Source: Candidatus Azobacteroides sp.
GTDB lineage: Bacteria > Bacteroidota > Bacteroidia > Bacteroidales > WRGA01
Length of the DNA stretch: 64,000 bases
NCBI GenBank assembly: GCA_009787405.1
Contig: WRGA01000121.1
Location: forward strand, 2,709-66,708
Direction: 5' to 3'
The notes below the pieces were generated by a model, which had not been told where the DNA came from, made no database searches, and saw only the letters and a program-made list of their open reading frames with translations. The translations under genes were made by a program, and so were the position numbers. Of this stretch, positions 20,275 to 30,250 are shown one piece after another (positions within the stretch are counted from its first letter, which is position 1; each line of letters opens with the position of its first letter).

Positions 20275-23200
20275 TTAGAAAGTAACATTGAGGCCCACCG
20301 TATAGATCCGTGGAGAAGGATAACGTCCGCTGTCGAACCCGCTCACCCAGTTGCCGTCGATATAGGTGGATCCTATTTCGGGATCATACCCTTTGTATTT
20401 CGTAAAGGTATAAAGGTTCTGGATGTTGGTATATATTTTCAGGCTCTGAATGCCGGCTTTACTGATCAAGCTTTGCGGCAGATTATAACCGAAAGATATA
20501 TTTTGGATGCGCAAGTAGGAACCGTCTTCCACAAAGCGGTCGCTGAAAGCGAAATCATAGTCACTGGCATTTTTTCCCAACGGCAGACGCGGCGCATGCG
20601 AATCTCCGCCAATGATATGAACATTGCGGTAATCGTTTGGTCCGTTTTCATCTATCAATCCGAGTTTGGCATAATTCAACGCGGAAGTAAACAGGTTGGA
20701 ACTGTTATTGAACGGATTTTCCATAAAACGACGGGTATAATTGACCACATCATTCCCGTAAACGCCCGAAAGTTGAATCGTCAAGTCAAATCCTTTGTAA
20801 GAGAAGGTGTTGCCTATCCCGAACGTGAATTTCGGTTCAGGGTTTCCGATGGCGGTACGATCGTTCATATCAATGACGCCGTCACCTGCATCAGGAATAC
20901 CATCGCTATTCGTATCTACGGTTAATTGGTCTTTATAGATATAATCTCCGATCCAAATACCACTTCTTTCGTCAATCGGCAAGTCGAACATTACCGGTGT
21001 ACGTACCACGTCCCCTTTTTCGTTATATCTGTAGAAGTCGGTAGCTTTTTCGAAACGTCCGATCACCTGATAGCCGTAAAACTCACCGATAGGCCGTCCC
21101 ACCATGGAACGGTTGATGGTTACATCTTCGGTTACGCCATAAGCATTGCCGCTAACCGAACGGGTTATGATGCCGGTAGGCGTATTGATGGAAAGAACTT
21201 TATTGCGGTTCAGTGAAAAGACGAAATTGGAACGCCACATAAAGTTTTTGATATCCAAATTCACCGTGTTCAAAGTCAATTCGATCCCTTTATTTTGAAG
21301 AGAACCCACATTTACCCAAGGAGATTGATAACTTCCCTGTCCGTTCGTTCCTGTAAAAGCAGGAACAGCAGACTGCATTAATAAATTTTTGGTCTTTTTG
21401 TAATACAAGTCGGCAATAAATTCAATACGGTTTTTGAACAAATTGAGGTCAATCCCGACATTGCTCGAAGACGTCGATTCCCATGTCAGGTCAGGATTAG
21501 GCATATTACCAGCGAGCAACCCTGCACCCCAATTGGAAGGGTTGACTCCATAAGCGGCGATATAAGCCTCATTAACGGGAATATTCTGATTTCCGACCAA
21601 TCCGTACCCAAAGCGGAGTTTCAGATTGTCGATTACCGGATTGTCTTTCAGGAAGCTCTCGTTCGATAATTTCCAGGCAACCGCAACCGACGGGAACGTT
21701 CCCCAACGTTTGTTTTTCGCAAATTTGGATGATCCGTCACGACGCAGGGTAGCAGTCAGCAAATACCGGTCGTCAAACGAGTAGAACACCCGTCCGAAAT
21801 AAGACATCAACCCTGCCATACCGTCATATCCGTCGTCGTCGGCCGTTTTTTGATCACCCAAACGCAAGGCGTGAGAGCTGTTGGTGAGAAAACCCGTACG
21901 GCTGCCCATCAGGTAATCCCATGTAGACTTCGACATTTCCTGTCCGAGCATGGCAGTCAGGGTATGCTGTTCGCCGAAGGTTTTATTATACGTCAAAACG
22001 TTATTCCAATTCCAATACTTGTTGTATTGTTTGGTGTAACGCCCCGAGCTTACATTATTTAAGCTATACCGTGAAAGGTACCATGTCGGCTCGAAATGTG
22101 CCGTGTTATTCGTATTTATATCAAACGAAAGTTCGGTACGATAGGTCAGTCCGGGAATAAGGGTTGCTTCGGCGTATGCATTGGCGCGCAAATCGGCTAT
22201 TTCAAGAGAATTGTCAATCAAAGCCGCCATGGCCATCGGATTGACCGGTATATATTGATTATCATCCGAAGCGGCAAAAGTACCGTCAACGTTTCGTACC
22301 GGTACGTTGGGCGTAACCCGCATGGCAGTCAATATCAGCGACTGATCGGACACCGTCAGTTTCTGGTGGGTATTGGCGAATGCAAAATTAACGCCGGACT
22401 TAAGCCATGTTTTTACTTGCGAATCAAAATTTCCGCTCAAATTCAGACGTCTGAATCCTGAGCCGGCGGCAATACCCTCCTGGTTCATGTAGCCTGCGCC
22501 CATGGCATACGTCGTTTTATCGCCTGCACCTGATATGGACACGTTATGGCTGTGCATCATGGCCGTATTAAACAATTCGCTTTGCCAGTCGGTACCCGGC
22601 CCCAGCAAGTCGGGACGCACAAAGTTGCTGTTCGAATTAGCGATGCCGTTTTGGGCAAGCACGTTGATATTTGCCGCATACTGCGGCAAATCAAGCAGGT
22701 CTAACTTTTTCGGGATCTGCTGCCAACCGATATATCCGTTGTAGGATACGGCCGCTTCGCCTTTCTGTCCGCGTTTGGTGGTGATAATGATCACCCCGTT
22801 GGCAGCACGCGAACCATAAATGGCCGTTGCCGATGCATCTTTCAGGATGTCTAACGTAACAATGTCGGCGGGATTGATATTTGCCAACGCATTGGTATTG
22901 GTATCATTATCACCAATTCCCCCGCCACTTATCACTACCCCGTCTATGACATACATAGGTTCGTTTGATGAGTTTAACGAATTTATCCCGCGTATGCGGA
23001 TCGAGGCGCTTGCTCCGGGCATCCCCGAATTTTGTTGCACCTGCACTCCGGCCGCACGACCTTGCAACACTTGATCAATAGAGGTCGGTACAGACTTTGC
23101 GATAGCATCCGATTTAACCGAAGTAACCGCTCCCGTCAAGTCTTTCTTTTTCATCGTACCGTACCCGACTACGACCACTTCTTCCAATGCTTTTGTATCT

Positions 23201-23502
23201 TCTTTCAACACCAAATCGATCGTTTTTCTTCCTCTTACCTCCATCGTTGTGGTTTGGTATCCGATAAAAGAAAAAGTCAATTTGGCATTGGAAGCCACCG
23301 TTATTTGATATTTCCCGTCGGCATCGGTAATCGTTCCGTTTGTCGTTCCCGATTCGACAATGGTTACACCGATTAAAACGTCACCGCTTTCATCTTTCAC
23401 GACACCGCTTACGGATACGGATTGTGCAAACGCACAAAACGGAAAGAATAAAATTAATAATAAAAGCCTGAATTGCTTCCTTTTTTGAATAGTGTTACCC
23501 AT
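20275..23502 (-). CDS. susC: SusC-family TonB-dependent outer-membrane transporter
   Basis: The track ORF starts at 23538. I prefer the ATG at 23502 (MGNTIQKRKQFRLLLLILFFPFCAFAQ), which gives a normal signal peptide. It has a carboxypeptidase-regulatory-like N-domain (VSGVVKDESGDVLIGVTIVE), a plug (VVVVGYGTMKKKDLTGAV) and a C-terminal aromatic residue (...GLNVTF). Confidence 0.92.
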   Translation of the reverse strand: MGNTIQKRKQFRLLLLILFFPFCAFAQSVSVSGVVKDESGDVLIGVTIVESGTTNGTITDADGKYQITVASNAKLTFSFIGYQTTTMEVRGRKTIDLVLKEDTKALEEVVVVGYGTMKKKDLTGAVTSVKSDAIAKSVPTSIDQVLQGRAAGVQVQQNSGMPGASASIRIRGINSLNSSNEPMYVIDGVVISGGGIGDNDTNTNALANINPADIVTLDILKDASATAIYGSRAANGVIIITTKRGQKGEAAVSYNGYIGWQQIPKKLDLLDLPQYAANINVLAQNGIANSNSNFVRPDLLGPGTDWQSELFNTAMMHSHNVSISGAGDKTTYAMGAGYMNQEGIAAGSGFRRLNLSGNFDSQVKTWLKSGVNFAFANTHQKLTVSDQSLILTAMRVTPNVPVRNVDGTFAASDDNQYIPVNPMAMAALIDNSLEIADLRANAYAEATLIPGLTYRTELSFDINTNNTAHFEPTWYLSRYSLNNVSSGRYTKQYNKYWNWNNVLTYNKTFGEQHTLTAMLGQEMSKSTWDYLMGSRTGFLTNSSHALRLGDQKTADDDGYDGMAGLMSYFGRVFYSFDDRYLLTATLRRDGSSKFAKNKRWGTFPSVAVAWKLSNESFLKDNPVIDNLKLRFGYGLVGNQNIPVNEAYIAAYGVNPSNWGAGLLAGNMPNPDLTWESTSSSNVGIDLNLFKNRIEFIADLYYKKTKNLLMQSAVPAFTGTNGQGSYQSPWVNVGSLQNKGIELTLNTVNLDIKNFMWRSNFVFSLNRNKVLSINTPTGIITRSVSGNAYGVTEDVTINRSMVGRPIGEFYGYQVIGRFEKATDFYRYNEKGDVVRTPVMFDLPIDERSGIWIGDYIYKDQLTVDTNSDGIPDAGDGVIDMNDRTAIGNPEPKFTFGIGNTFSYKGFDLTIQLSGVYGNDVVNYTRRFMENPFNNSSNLFTSALNYAKLGLIDENGPNDYRNVHIIGGDSHAPRLPLGKNASDYDFAFSDRFVEDGSYLRIQNISFGYNLPQSLISKAGIQSLKIYTNIQNLYTFTKYKGYDPEIGSTYIDGNWVSGFDSGRYPSPRIYTVGLNVTF

Positions 23503-23781
23503 GACTTTAATTCTTTGGATTTTAAGAAATTTATACAAATTACAATTTTATATGTTTGATTTACACATTGATTTTCAAAAACACCGGCCCATGTAAACCA
23601 TAAAACAGGTAAAATTTAAAAGTTTGTGCAGAAAATAGGATCATGTTTTCAATATTCGGTATTATCTTTAATTAAAATGACGGGATCAAGATTTTAACCC
23701 GCTGTCAGTCTGCCATCGGACTTCAGCAGGCCGTAAAACAGGAACAAAGTTATAATATTGTGCCGGAGGAAAGGAAAAAGA

Positions 23782-23806
23782 AACTCCGGGAAGTTTTCCC
23801 GGAGTT
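23782..23806 (-). terminator. Perfect 11-bp hairpin, probable terminator of the HTCS gene
   Basis: AACTCCGGGAA-GTT-TTCCCGGAGTT. On the minus strand it is followed by TCTTTTTCCTTTCC. It lies about 175 nt downstream of the HTCS stop. Confidence 0.55.
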
Positions 23807-23980
23807 ACATCGCTTGCGTGTGTGTTACAAGAGGTTTGCTATTTGATACATAGAAGAGGATAAGGACAGGTCGGGTACATGATTGCCCGGCTGCTGAGTT
23901 TGCTTTTTTAGAATAAGGTTTTTTATCTTACTATATCAATATGAGTAAAAATGATGACGGAATTTGCTTTAATTACTCAA

Positions 23981-26900
23981 TCATTTTCTGTTCCGTTCGG
24001 CATATTCTTTCGGAGACATGCCGTAAAATTCGCGGAAAGAATTGGAAAAATGAGATAAGTTACTGAATCCGAGCGCATACGCAACTTCGGAGACCGTCAG
24101 CTTCTGATTCGAAAGCAATTCACCGGCTTGTTTCAACCGAATCGATCTGATAAAATCGCGCGCCGACATCCCGGTCAGTTCTTTCAGTTTCCGGTGCATG
24201 TGAACCCGACTCATTCCTACACCGGATGCCAGCAATTCGACATTTAATTCGCTTTCCGAAATATTTTCGTTGATGATTTTAATGATCTTTTCATATAAAA
24301 TTTGATCAGAGGAACGCAATACAACCGGTTTTATCAATGCCTTGTTTTCTTCCGAATCACCGGCTTTATGTTTCAACCGCTCGCGATTCTCAATGATGCC
24401 GGCGATAATCCTTTTCAGCAAATCGACATTAAACGGCTTCGACACATACGCATCCGCACCGATGTCGTACCCCTCGGCTTTGTCTTTGTCCGTGGCTTTG
24501 GCCGTCAGCAAAATCACCGGAATACGGTTGATATTGATGTTTGATTTCACTTTTTTGCATAGAGTCACTCCGTCCATTTCGGGCATCATAACGTCGCTGA
24601 TCACCAAATCGGGCTTTTCCCTCAAAATAAAATCCAGCGCTTCTTTTCCGTTAACCGCTTCATATACATGATACATATCCGACAATTCGGACGACAAATA
24701 TCGCCGGATTTCATTTTCATCATCCACAATCAATACCCGGTATTTTGTTTTCGATTTTGTTTTGGCTTGATCAAATCCATCATCCGAATTATACCATTCC
24801 GCCGGAAGTTTATTTCGCGTCCATGCCGGTTGCCGCTCATCTTTTTCCGACAGTTCCGTATCTTTTAAGTGGGCATTTCCCAAAGGCAGACGAATGATAA
24901 ATTCGCTTCCGCTGCGGTCAAGACGGTTGCGCGCATACAACACGCCGTGTTGAAGCTGTACCAACGAGCGGGCCAAATGCAATCCGACTCCTGTGCCGAA
25001 ATCGGAATTTCCGTTTTCGTTATTGATTTGATAAAATCGTTCGAATATTTTTTCGATCTTACTTTCTTCAATGCCGATTCCCGTATCGGCAACAACAATC
25101 TCGAAGAATTTACTCAACGGGCCCGCCACCGTATCATCTGTTCCGGTTCGAAGCGTAATCGTAATTTCGCCGTTATCGGGCGTAAATTTAAACGCATTGG
25201 AAAGAATATTCACCAGTACTTTATCGAAATTATTCATATCCACCCACACTTTCAATTGCTCGTCGGCATGAACAAACGAAAAATGAATATCCCTTTTTGC
25301 AGCCTGATATTCAAATGTTTGCATCAAATCGTCGATAAAACCGACCATATCCGTTTCACGAGCCTTCATGAGCATCAATCCTTTATCGAGCTTCCGAACG
25401 TCCATCAATTGATTGATCAGCCGCAAAATTCGTTGAGCATTGCGGTACATCAGCAAATATACTTTCCGTTTTTCGTCGTTTGTATTTTCCGAAATCAATT
25501 TTTCGAGCGGACTGATAATCAATGTCATCGGAGTACGGATTTCGTGCGAAATATTGATGAAAAACTGTAATTTGGCTTCACTGATTTGCTCTGCATGTTC
25601 CCGGCGCATCAATTCGTTTTTGTGCCGGATTCTCTCGGAAATATACCGTGTAATTCCCCACATCAATGCAATTCCCATCAATACATAAAAGAGCTTGGCC
25701 CACCACGTCAAATACCAAGGCGGCGAAATGATCAGGGTGATGATTTTTTCTTCCGACGAATTGTTATACACAAACGCTTTAATCCTCAAGCGATAAGTTC
25801 CATACCCGAGATTCGTGAAATTAATCCGGTTCACTCCCTGTTCGGTGTTCAACCAATGAGAATTAAGCCCTTCCAACATATAACGATAATACACCCGTTG
25901 AAAACGTCCGAAATCAAATGTTGAAAATTCCAGCGCAAACAGATTATCTTTATAATTCAAATGAATGGTATCGACATCGGAAATAAATCCGTTGAAAATA
26001 ACATGATTCCCCGACTTTTGTCCCGAAACAACCGGATTGCCCATGATATACAACCCGGTCAGATATAAACTGATCGGAACATGCCGGTCATTGATTTCGG
26101 ACGGATAAAAAGAAGAAATTCCTCCCGTCCCGCCGAAAAACATTTCTCCGTCTCCGGCTCTAAAAGCGGCGCCCATGCTGAATTCGTTTCCCTGCAGGCC
26201 GTCGAATCCGTAATAATTGACAAAATGGTCTTCACCGACCGGCAATTTGGAAATTCCGGAATGAGTACTCAACCAAATATTGTCTTTATCATCTTGCAAA
26301 ATACCGCAAACGACATTACTCGACAAACCGTCGGCAACAGTATATATTTTCGATTTCAACGTTTTTTTGTCAAACCGGGACAGCCCTTCCGTCGTGCCGA
26401 TCCATAAATTTCCCGAACGGTCTTCACTGATGCAATACACCACATCCCCGGGCAAAACACCGGGTTTGTCGGAATAATTCACGATTTGATTTCGAAGCGG
26501 ATCAATGCTGCAAATCCCGTTGTACGAACCGACCCATATTAATCCGTCTCTATCGCATATGATGCTGTTTATCCAATCATTCGGGATATGCCGTTCACGA
26601 TTTCCCGACTGCGAATAATGATCGACAAACCGCTGTTCACGCAAATCAAAAACATAAACGCCGGCGCCGTTTGTCCCGATCCAAAGCCTGTTTTGTTTGT
26701 CTTTCACCAGGCAGAATATTTTATTCCCGGCTGTATTATTATCGGAAGGTGTTTGAATGTGATTACTATAATAGGTACAAATCCCCGTCCGTTTATCCAA
26801 TCGAACCAATCCCGACAAATAAGAACCCAACCAGATATTGCCGGCATCATCATCCACCATCGACAGCACAGTGTTGGGCGCCGAACCCGAAACATCGTTC

Positions 26901-28063
26901 GATGCAAAATGCACGGTTTTATTGTTTTTGTCGAGTTTATAAACACCGTCATTGTCGGTCCCTATCCATAAAACATTCGTTTTATCCTTCAACAAGGACA
27001 TGATGCATCCCGACCCGATCAAGTTCCGGTCGAACGATTTAAATCCCCAATAATTAAATTTATTCGGATTTTCGGGATCGAGAAACACTCCTTTTTGAAA
27101 AAGCCCCGCCCAAATGTTGCCGAAATTATCCTGACAAATCGCATGAACTTTCATTCTGGAAAAATCGAACGGCGTGGACAACATCCGGAAATCGTTCAGC
27201 CATCCTTTTTCCTCGTCGTAAATTTTGATCCCCTGCCCGTCCGTACCTACCAACAGTCTGTTTTTATTGTCGACCAGCAGACATTTCACAAATAAAACAG
27301 AATTCCGGACATACGGTACCGCTTCGAATATCCGCATACGTGGATTATATTTATACAGTCCGTCAGTCAACGTTCCGACAAAAATATTACCGTACCGGTC
27401 TTCGCAAATCGTCGAAATCTGATTGCTGCCGATACCGAGAGGTGCTTTAAACTGCACGACTTCATCGGTTCTCGGATTATACATGTTTAACCCCTGATTT
27501 TCCGAGGCGATCCAAAAAACGCCCCGACTGTCTTGAAAAGCATACGTCAAATACATGCTGCTCAATCGGGAAGAAAGCCGGGCGTCGGTCCGGTAAAATG
27601 TATCGCCCTCTTTAATACGGATGACACCCTGTTCCGAAGTGATAATCCAAATTTCATGATCCTTACTTTCGATGATATGCGTAACATGCGGAGTCACCCG
27701 CCTATCGCCGTTATATAAAGCCACTTCTTTAAAGCTGTCCGTAGCCCGGTCGTACAACAACAACCCGTTGATGCAGCCGATCCAGAAACGTCCGAAACTG
27801 TCTTCGAGCAAACATCTCACATAATTACTTTTAATGGATGACGAGTCGTTCGGACGATTCTTGTAAATGGTAAACCGCACCCCGTCGAATTTATTCAATC
27901 CGTCTTCCGTCGCAATCCAAATGTAATTCCGATGGTCTTGATAAATCGAATTAATCAGGCTGCTCGATAAATCTTTATCCGTAGAATAAAAAATTCCGAT
28001 TTGGGCATGCGAGAATGAAAAACAAACAAAGAAGGAAAATAAAAAAAGTAGTGTTTTTTTCAT
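23981..28063 (-). CDS. Hybrid two-component system (HTCS) sensor kinase/response regulator with an AraC-type HTH
   Basis: 1360 aa with periplasmic beta-propeller repeats and a Y_Y_Y-like region, one TM, and an H-box FFINISHEIRTPMTLI. It also has an HATPase (VADTGIGIEE), a receiver (VLIVDDENEI...DLVISDVMMPEMDG) and a C-terminal AraC HTH (LGFSNLSHFSNSFREFYGMSPKEY). Confidence 0.92.
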   Translation of the reverse strand: MKKTLLFLFSFFVCFSFSHAQIGIFYSTDKDLSSSLINSIYQDHRNYIWIATEDGLNKFDGVRFTIYKNRPNDSSSIKSNYVRCLLEDSFGRFWIGCINGLLLYDRATDSFKEVALYNGDRRVTPHVTHIIESKDHEIWIITSEQGVIRIKEGDTFYRTDARLSSRLSSMYLTYAFQDSRGVFWIASENQGLNMYNPRTDEVVQFKAPLGIGSNQISTICEDRYGNIFVGTLTDGLYKYNPRMRIFEAVPYVRNSVLFVKCLLVDNKNRLLVGTDGQGIKIYDEEKGWLNDFRMLSTPFDFSRMKVHAICQDNFGNIWAGLFQKGVFLDPENPNKFNYWGFKSFDRNLIGSGCIMSLLKDKTNVLWIGTDNDGVYKLDKNNKTVHFASNDVSGSAPNTVLSMVDDDAGNIWLGSYLSGLVRLDKRTGICTYYSNHIQTPSDNNTAGNKIFCLVKDKQNRLWIGTNGAGVYVFDLREQRFVDHYSQSGNRERHIPNDWINSIICDRDGLIWVGSYNGICSIDPLRNQIVNYSDKPGVLPGDVVYCISEDRSGNLWIGTTEGLSRFDKKTLKSKIYTVADGLSSNVVCGILQDDKDNIWLSTHSGISKLPVGEDHFVNYYGFDGLQGNEFSMGAAFRAGDGEMFFGGTGGISSFYPSEINDRHVPISLYLTGLYIMGNPVVSGQKSGNHVIFNGFISDVDTIHLNYKDNLFALEFSTFDFGRFQRVYYRYMLEGLNSHWLNTEQGVNRINFTNLGYGTYRLRIKAFVYNNSSEEKIITLIISPPWYLTWWAKLFYVLMGIALMWGITRYISERIRHKNELMRREHAEQISEAKLQFFINISHEIRTPMTLIISPLEKLISENTNDEKRKVYLLMYRNAQRILRLINQLMDVRKLDKGLMLMKARETDMVGFIDDLMQTFEYQAAKRDIHFSFVHADEQLKVWVDMNNFDKVLVNILSNAFKFTPDNGEITITLRTGTDDTVAGPLSKFFEIVVADTGIGIEESKIEKIFERFYQINNENGNSDFGTGVGLHLARSLVQLQHGVLYARNRLDRSGSEFIIRLPLGNAHLKDTELSEKDERQPAWTRNKLPAEWYNSDDGFDQAKTKSKTKYRVLIVDDENEIRRYLSSELSDMYHVYEAVNGKEALDFILREKPDLVISDVMMPEMDGVTLCKKVKSNININRIPVILLTAKATDKDKAEGYDIGADAYVSKPFNVDLLKRIIAGIIENRERLKHKAGDSEENKALIKPVVLRSSDQILYEKIIKIINENISESELNVELLASGVGMSRVHMHRKLKELTGMSARDFIRSIRLKQAGELLSNQKLTVSEVAYALGFSNLSHFSNSFREFYGMSPKEYAERNRK

Positions 28064-28160
28064 GTGAAAATAATTATAAACCGTTTTTTTGCGGCATCCT
28101 TAGCTCATGCCGGTTCTAAATTAACCGGAAAAACAGACATCAAACGGGTGGTTTTCCTTA

Positions 28161-28168
28161 CAAAATTA
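28161..28168 (-). promoter_or_regulatory. -7 box TAATTTTG upstream of the HTCS gene
   Basis: TAnnTTTG match about 98 nt upstream of the ATG at 28063. Confidence 0.35.
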
Positions 28169-28296
28169 TAAAATAAATGCCTTTTCCCTACGCTCAATCA
28201 CAAATTATTATCCTTATTATTCGTGTTAAACGGACAAAAGTAACGAGCGGAAAACATTTTGAAACAAAAACGATAATCGTACAATCATAATCTGAT

Positions 28297-28304
28297 TATT
28301 TTTG
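28297..28304 (+). promoter_or_regulatory. -7 box TATTTTTG upstream of GH43 (28492)
   Basis: TAnnTTTG match about 190 nt upstream. It implies a long leader that contains a 9-bp hairpin at 28382-28406. Confidence 0.35.
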
Positions 28305-28491
28305 TGCATCAAGTAAAAATCCAACTGAATTTTCATTCAAATCCATGTCACATCCAATCCGAATAGTTGAAATTTGACCATCATTTCATCATATCCGGAT
28401 GAAATGTCCATGATGCAAAAGCGCCACCGTGCAAGATGAATCTCATGGACATTCTGATGCAACCATAATTATAAAAATAAAAAATAAACAC

Positions 28492-30171
28492 ATGAAAAAG
28501 ACCCTGTTTTTTGCCGGTTTATCGTTCCTTACAGCTGTCACCTCATGTCGACCCGAAAAAGAACCGACAGCCTGTTTCAATTTTTTCGAATACCGGGGAA
28601 ACGACCAGATTTTCAATTCAAAAATAGATTCGGAAAAACAATATTTCAATCCGATTTTGTGCGGATTTTATCCCGATCCGAGCATCTGCCGTAAAAACAA
28701 GGATTATTATCTGGTAAATTCGAGTTTTGCGTTTTACCCGGGCATTCCGATTTTTACAAGCAAAGATCTCGTCAATTGGGAACAAATCGGACATGTGTTG
28801 GATCGGCCTTCTCAACTTAAATTAGACAGCATCCGGATTTCGGGCGGCATTTATGCACCGGATATCTCGTACAACAAGCACAACGATACATTTTATGTGA
28901 TCACCACCTGCGTGGACGGAATCGGTAATTTCGTGGTGAAAACCAAAGATCCGCGTGCCGGATGGTCTGACCCGATTCTCCTTCCGGAAGTGGGCGGAAT
29001 AGATCCTTCTTTATTTTTCGACGACGACGGAAAAGCATACATCGTCAATAACGACGCACCGGAAGGGCCCCCCGAATGGGACGGGCATCGGGCCATTTGG
29101 ATTCATCAATATGATGTCGATACCGATAAAACATTCGGAAAATCGAAAGTCATTGTAGACGGCGGCGTCGATAAATCGACCCGTCCGGTCTGGATCGAAG
29201 GCCCTCATCTGTACAAGCGGAACGGGAAATACCTGTTGATCGCGGCCGAAGGCGGAACAAGCATCAATCATTCAGAAGTCGCATTTTTAAGTGACAGTGT
29301 TTTCGGCCCGTATATTCCGTCCGACAAGAATCCGATTCTGACCCAACGGAATTTGCTCGAAGACCGCAAAAACAAAATCACGAGCGTCGGACATGCCGAT
29401 ATAATAGAAGATGCAGACGGGAAAACATGGGCGGTTTTTCTGGGCTGCCGGCCTTACGAAAAAAACCTCTACAACACCGGAAGAGAAACATTCCTGCTTC
29501 CCGTGGAAATGCATGACAATATTCCGGTGATTCTGCCGAAAGGCGAACAAGTTCCGCTGATTGTCGAAAAAGAAAATACTCCTTCCGAAAAAAACACATT
29601 CAACGGAAATTTTACATGGCGTGACAATTTCGATCGTACCGATTTAAACATGCGTTGGTTGATGATACGCACTCCCCGCTCCCGATGGTATGACATCGTC
29701 GACGGACAGCTCAACCTGCAAGCTCTCCCGACAAGTATATCTGAAAAATCGCAACCGGCTTTTTTAGGATTCCGTCAGCAACATACCACTTTTGAAGCGA
29801 TTACGGAACTGACATTCACCCCGCGGTCGAATAGGGATATTGCCGGTTTGGCCTGTTTCCAGAATGAAGGATACCACATTGTTTTCGGAAAAACCCGGGA
29901 AAACGGAAAAGATGTTTTGGTCGTGGACAGAACCGAAAAGGGAATCAAACACACCTCCACAGTCGAAATTCCCGACAACTACCGGGAGGTTCCGATTAAA
30001 CTTAAAATAACGGGAGCCGGAAAATTTTACGGATTTTATGTTGCTTACCCTCCGGAAAGCAAATGGCAACCCGTCGTCGAAAACATAGACGGAAGCAACC
30101 TCAGTACCGACAAAGCCGGTGGTTTTACGGGAATGGTAATCGGACCTTATGCTTCTTCGGGAAGAAGATAA
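28492..30171 (+). CDS. GH43 beta-xylosidase-like lipoprotein with a C-terminal beta-sandwich domain
   Basis: The track ORF begins at 28429. The ATG at 28492 gives MKKTLFFAGLSFLTAVTSC, a lipoprotein signal. It has the GH43 Asp block NPILCGFYPDPSICR and a C-terminal concanavalin-like region (FLGFRQQH...GFTGMVIGPYA). It is divergent from the HTCS gene. Confidence 0.85.
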   Translation: MKKTLFFAGLSFLTAVTSCRPEKEPTACFNFFEYRGNDQIFNSKIDSEKQYFNPILCGFYPDPSICRKNKDYYLVNSSFAFYPGIPIFTSKDLVNWEQIGHVLDRPSQLKLDSIRISGGIYAPDISYNKHNDTFYVITTCVDGIGNFVVKTKDPRAGWSDPILLPEVGGIDPSLFFDDDGKAYIVNNDAPEGPPEWDGHRAIWIHQYDVDTDKTFGKSKVIVDGGVDKSTRPVWIEGPHLYKRNGKYLLIAAEGGTSINHSEVAFLSDSVFGPYIPSDKNPILTQRNLLEDRKNKITSVGHADIIEDADGKTWAVFLGCRPYEKNLYNTGRETFLLPVEMHDNIPVILPKGEQVPLIVEKENTPSEKNTFNGNFTWRDNFDRTDLNMRWLMIRTPRSRWYDIVDGQLNLQALPTSISEKSQPAFLGFRQQHTTFEAITELTFTPRSNRDIAGLACFQNEGYHIVFGKTRENGKDVLVVDRTEKGIKHTSTVEIPDNYREVPIKLKITGAGKFYGFYVAYPPESKWQPVVENIDGSNLSTDKAGGFTGMVIGPYASSGRR

Positions 30172-30250
30172 AAGTGAATCGACAGATTTATTTTCCGCAG
30201 AAGCTGTCAAAATGATTGAACGGTTGAATAATAGAATGACCGGATAGTTG

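Noticed and set aside
23503-23538. N-terminal extensions offered by the ORF track for susC (23538), GH43 (28429), FtsX (31359) and the esterase (40821)
   Set aside because: In each case an internal ATG yields a canonical signal peptide, lipobox or first TM. The extension is non-hydrophobic junk, or in the esterase case swallows the predicted promoter.
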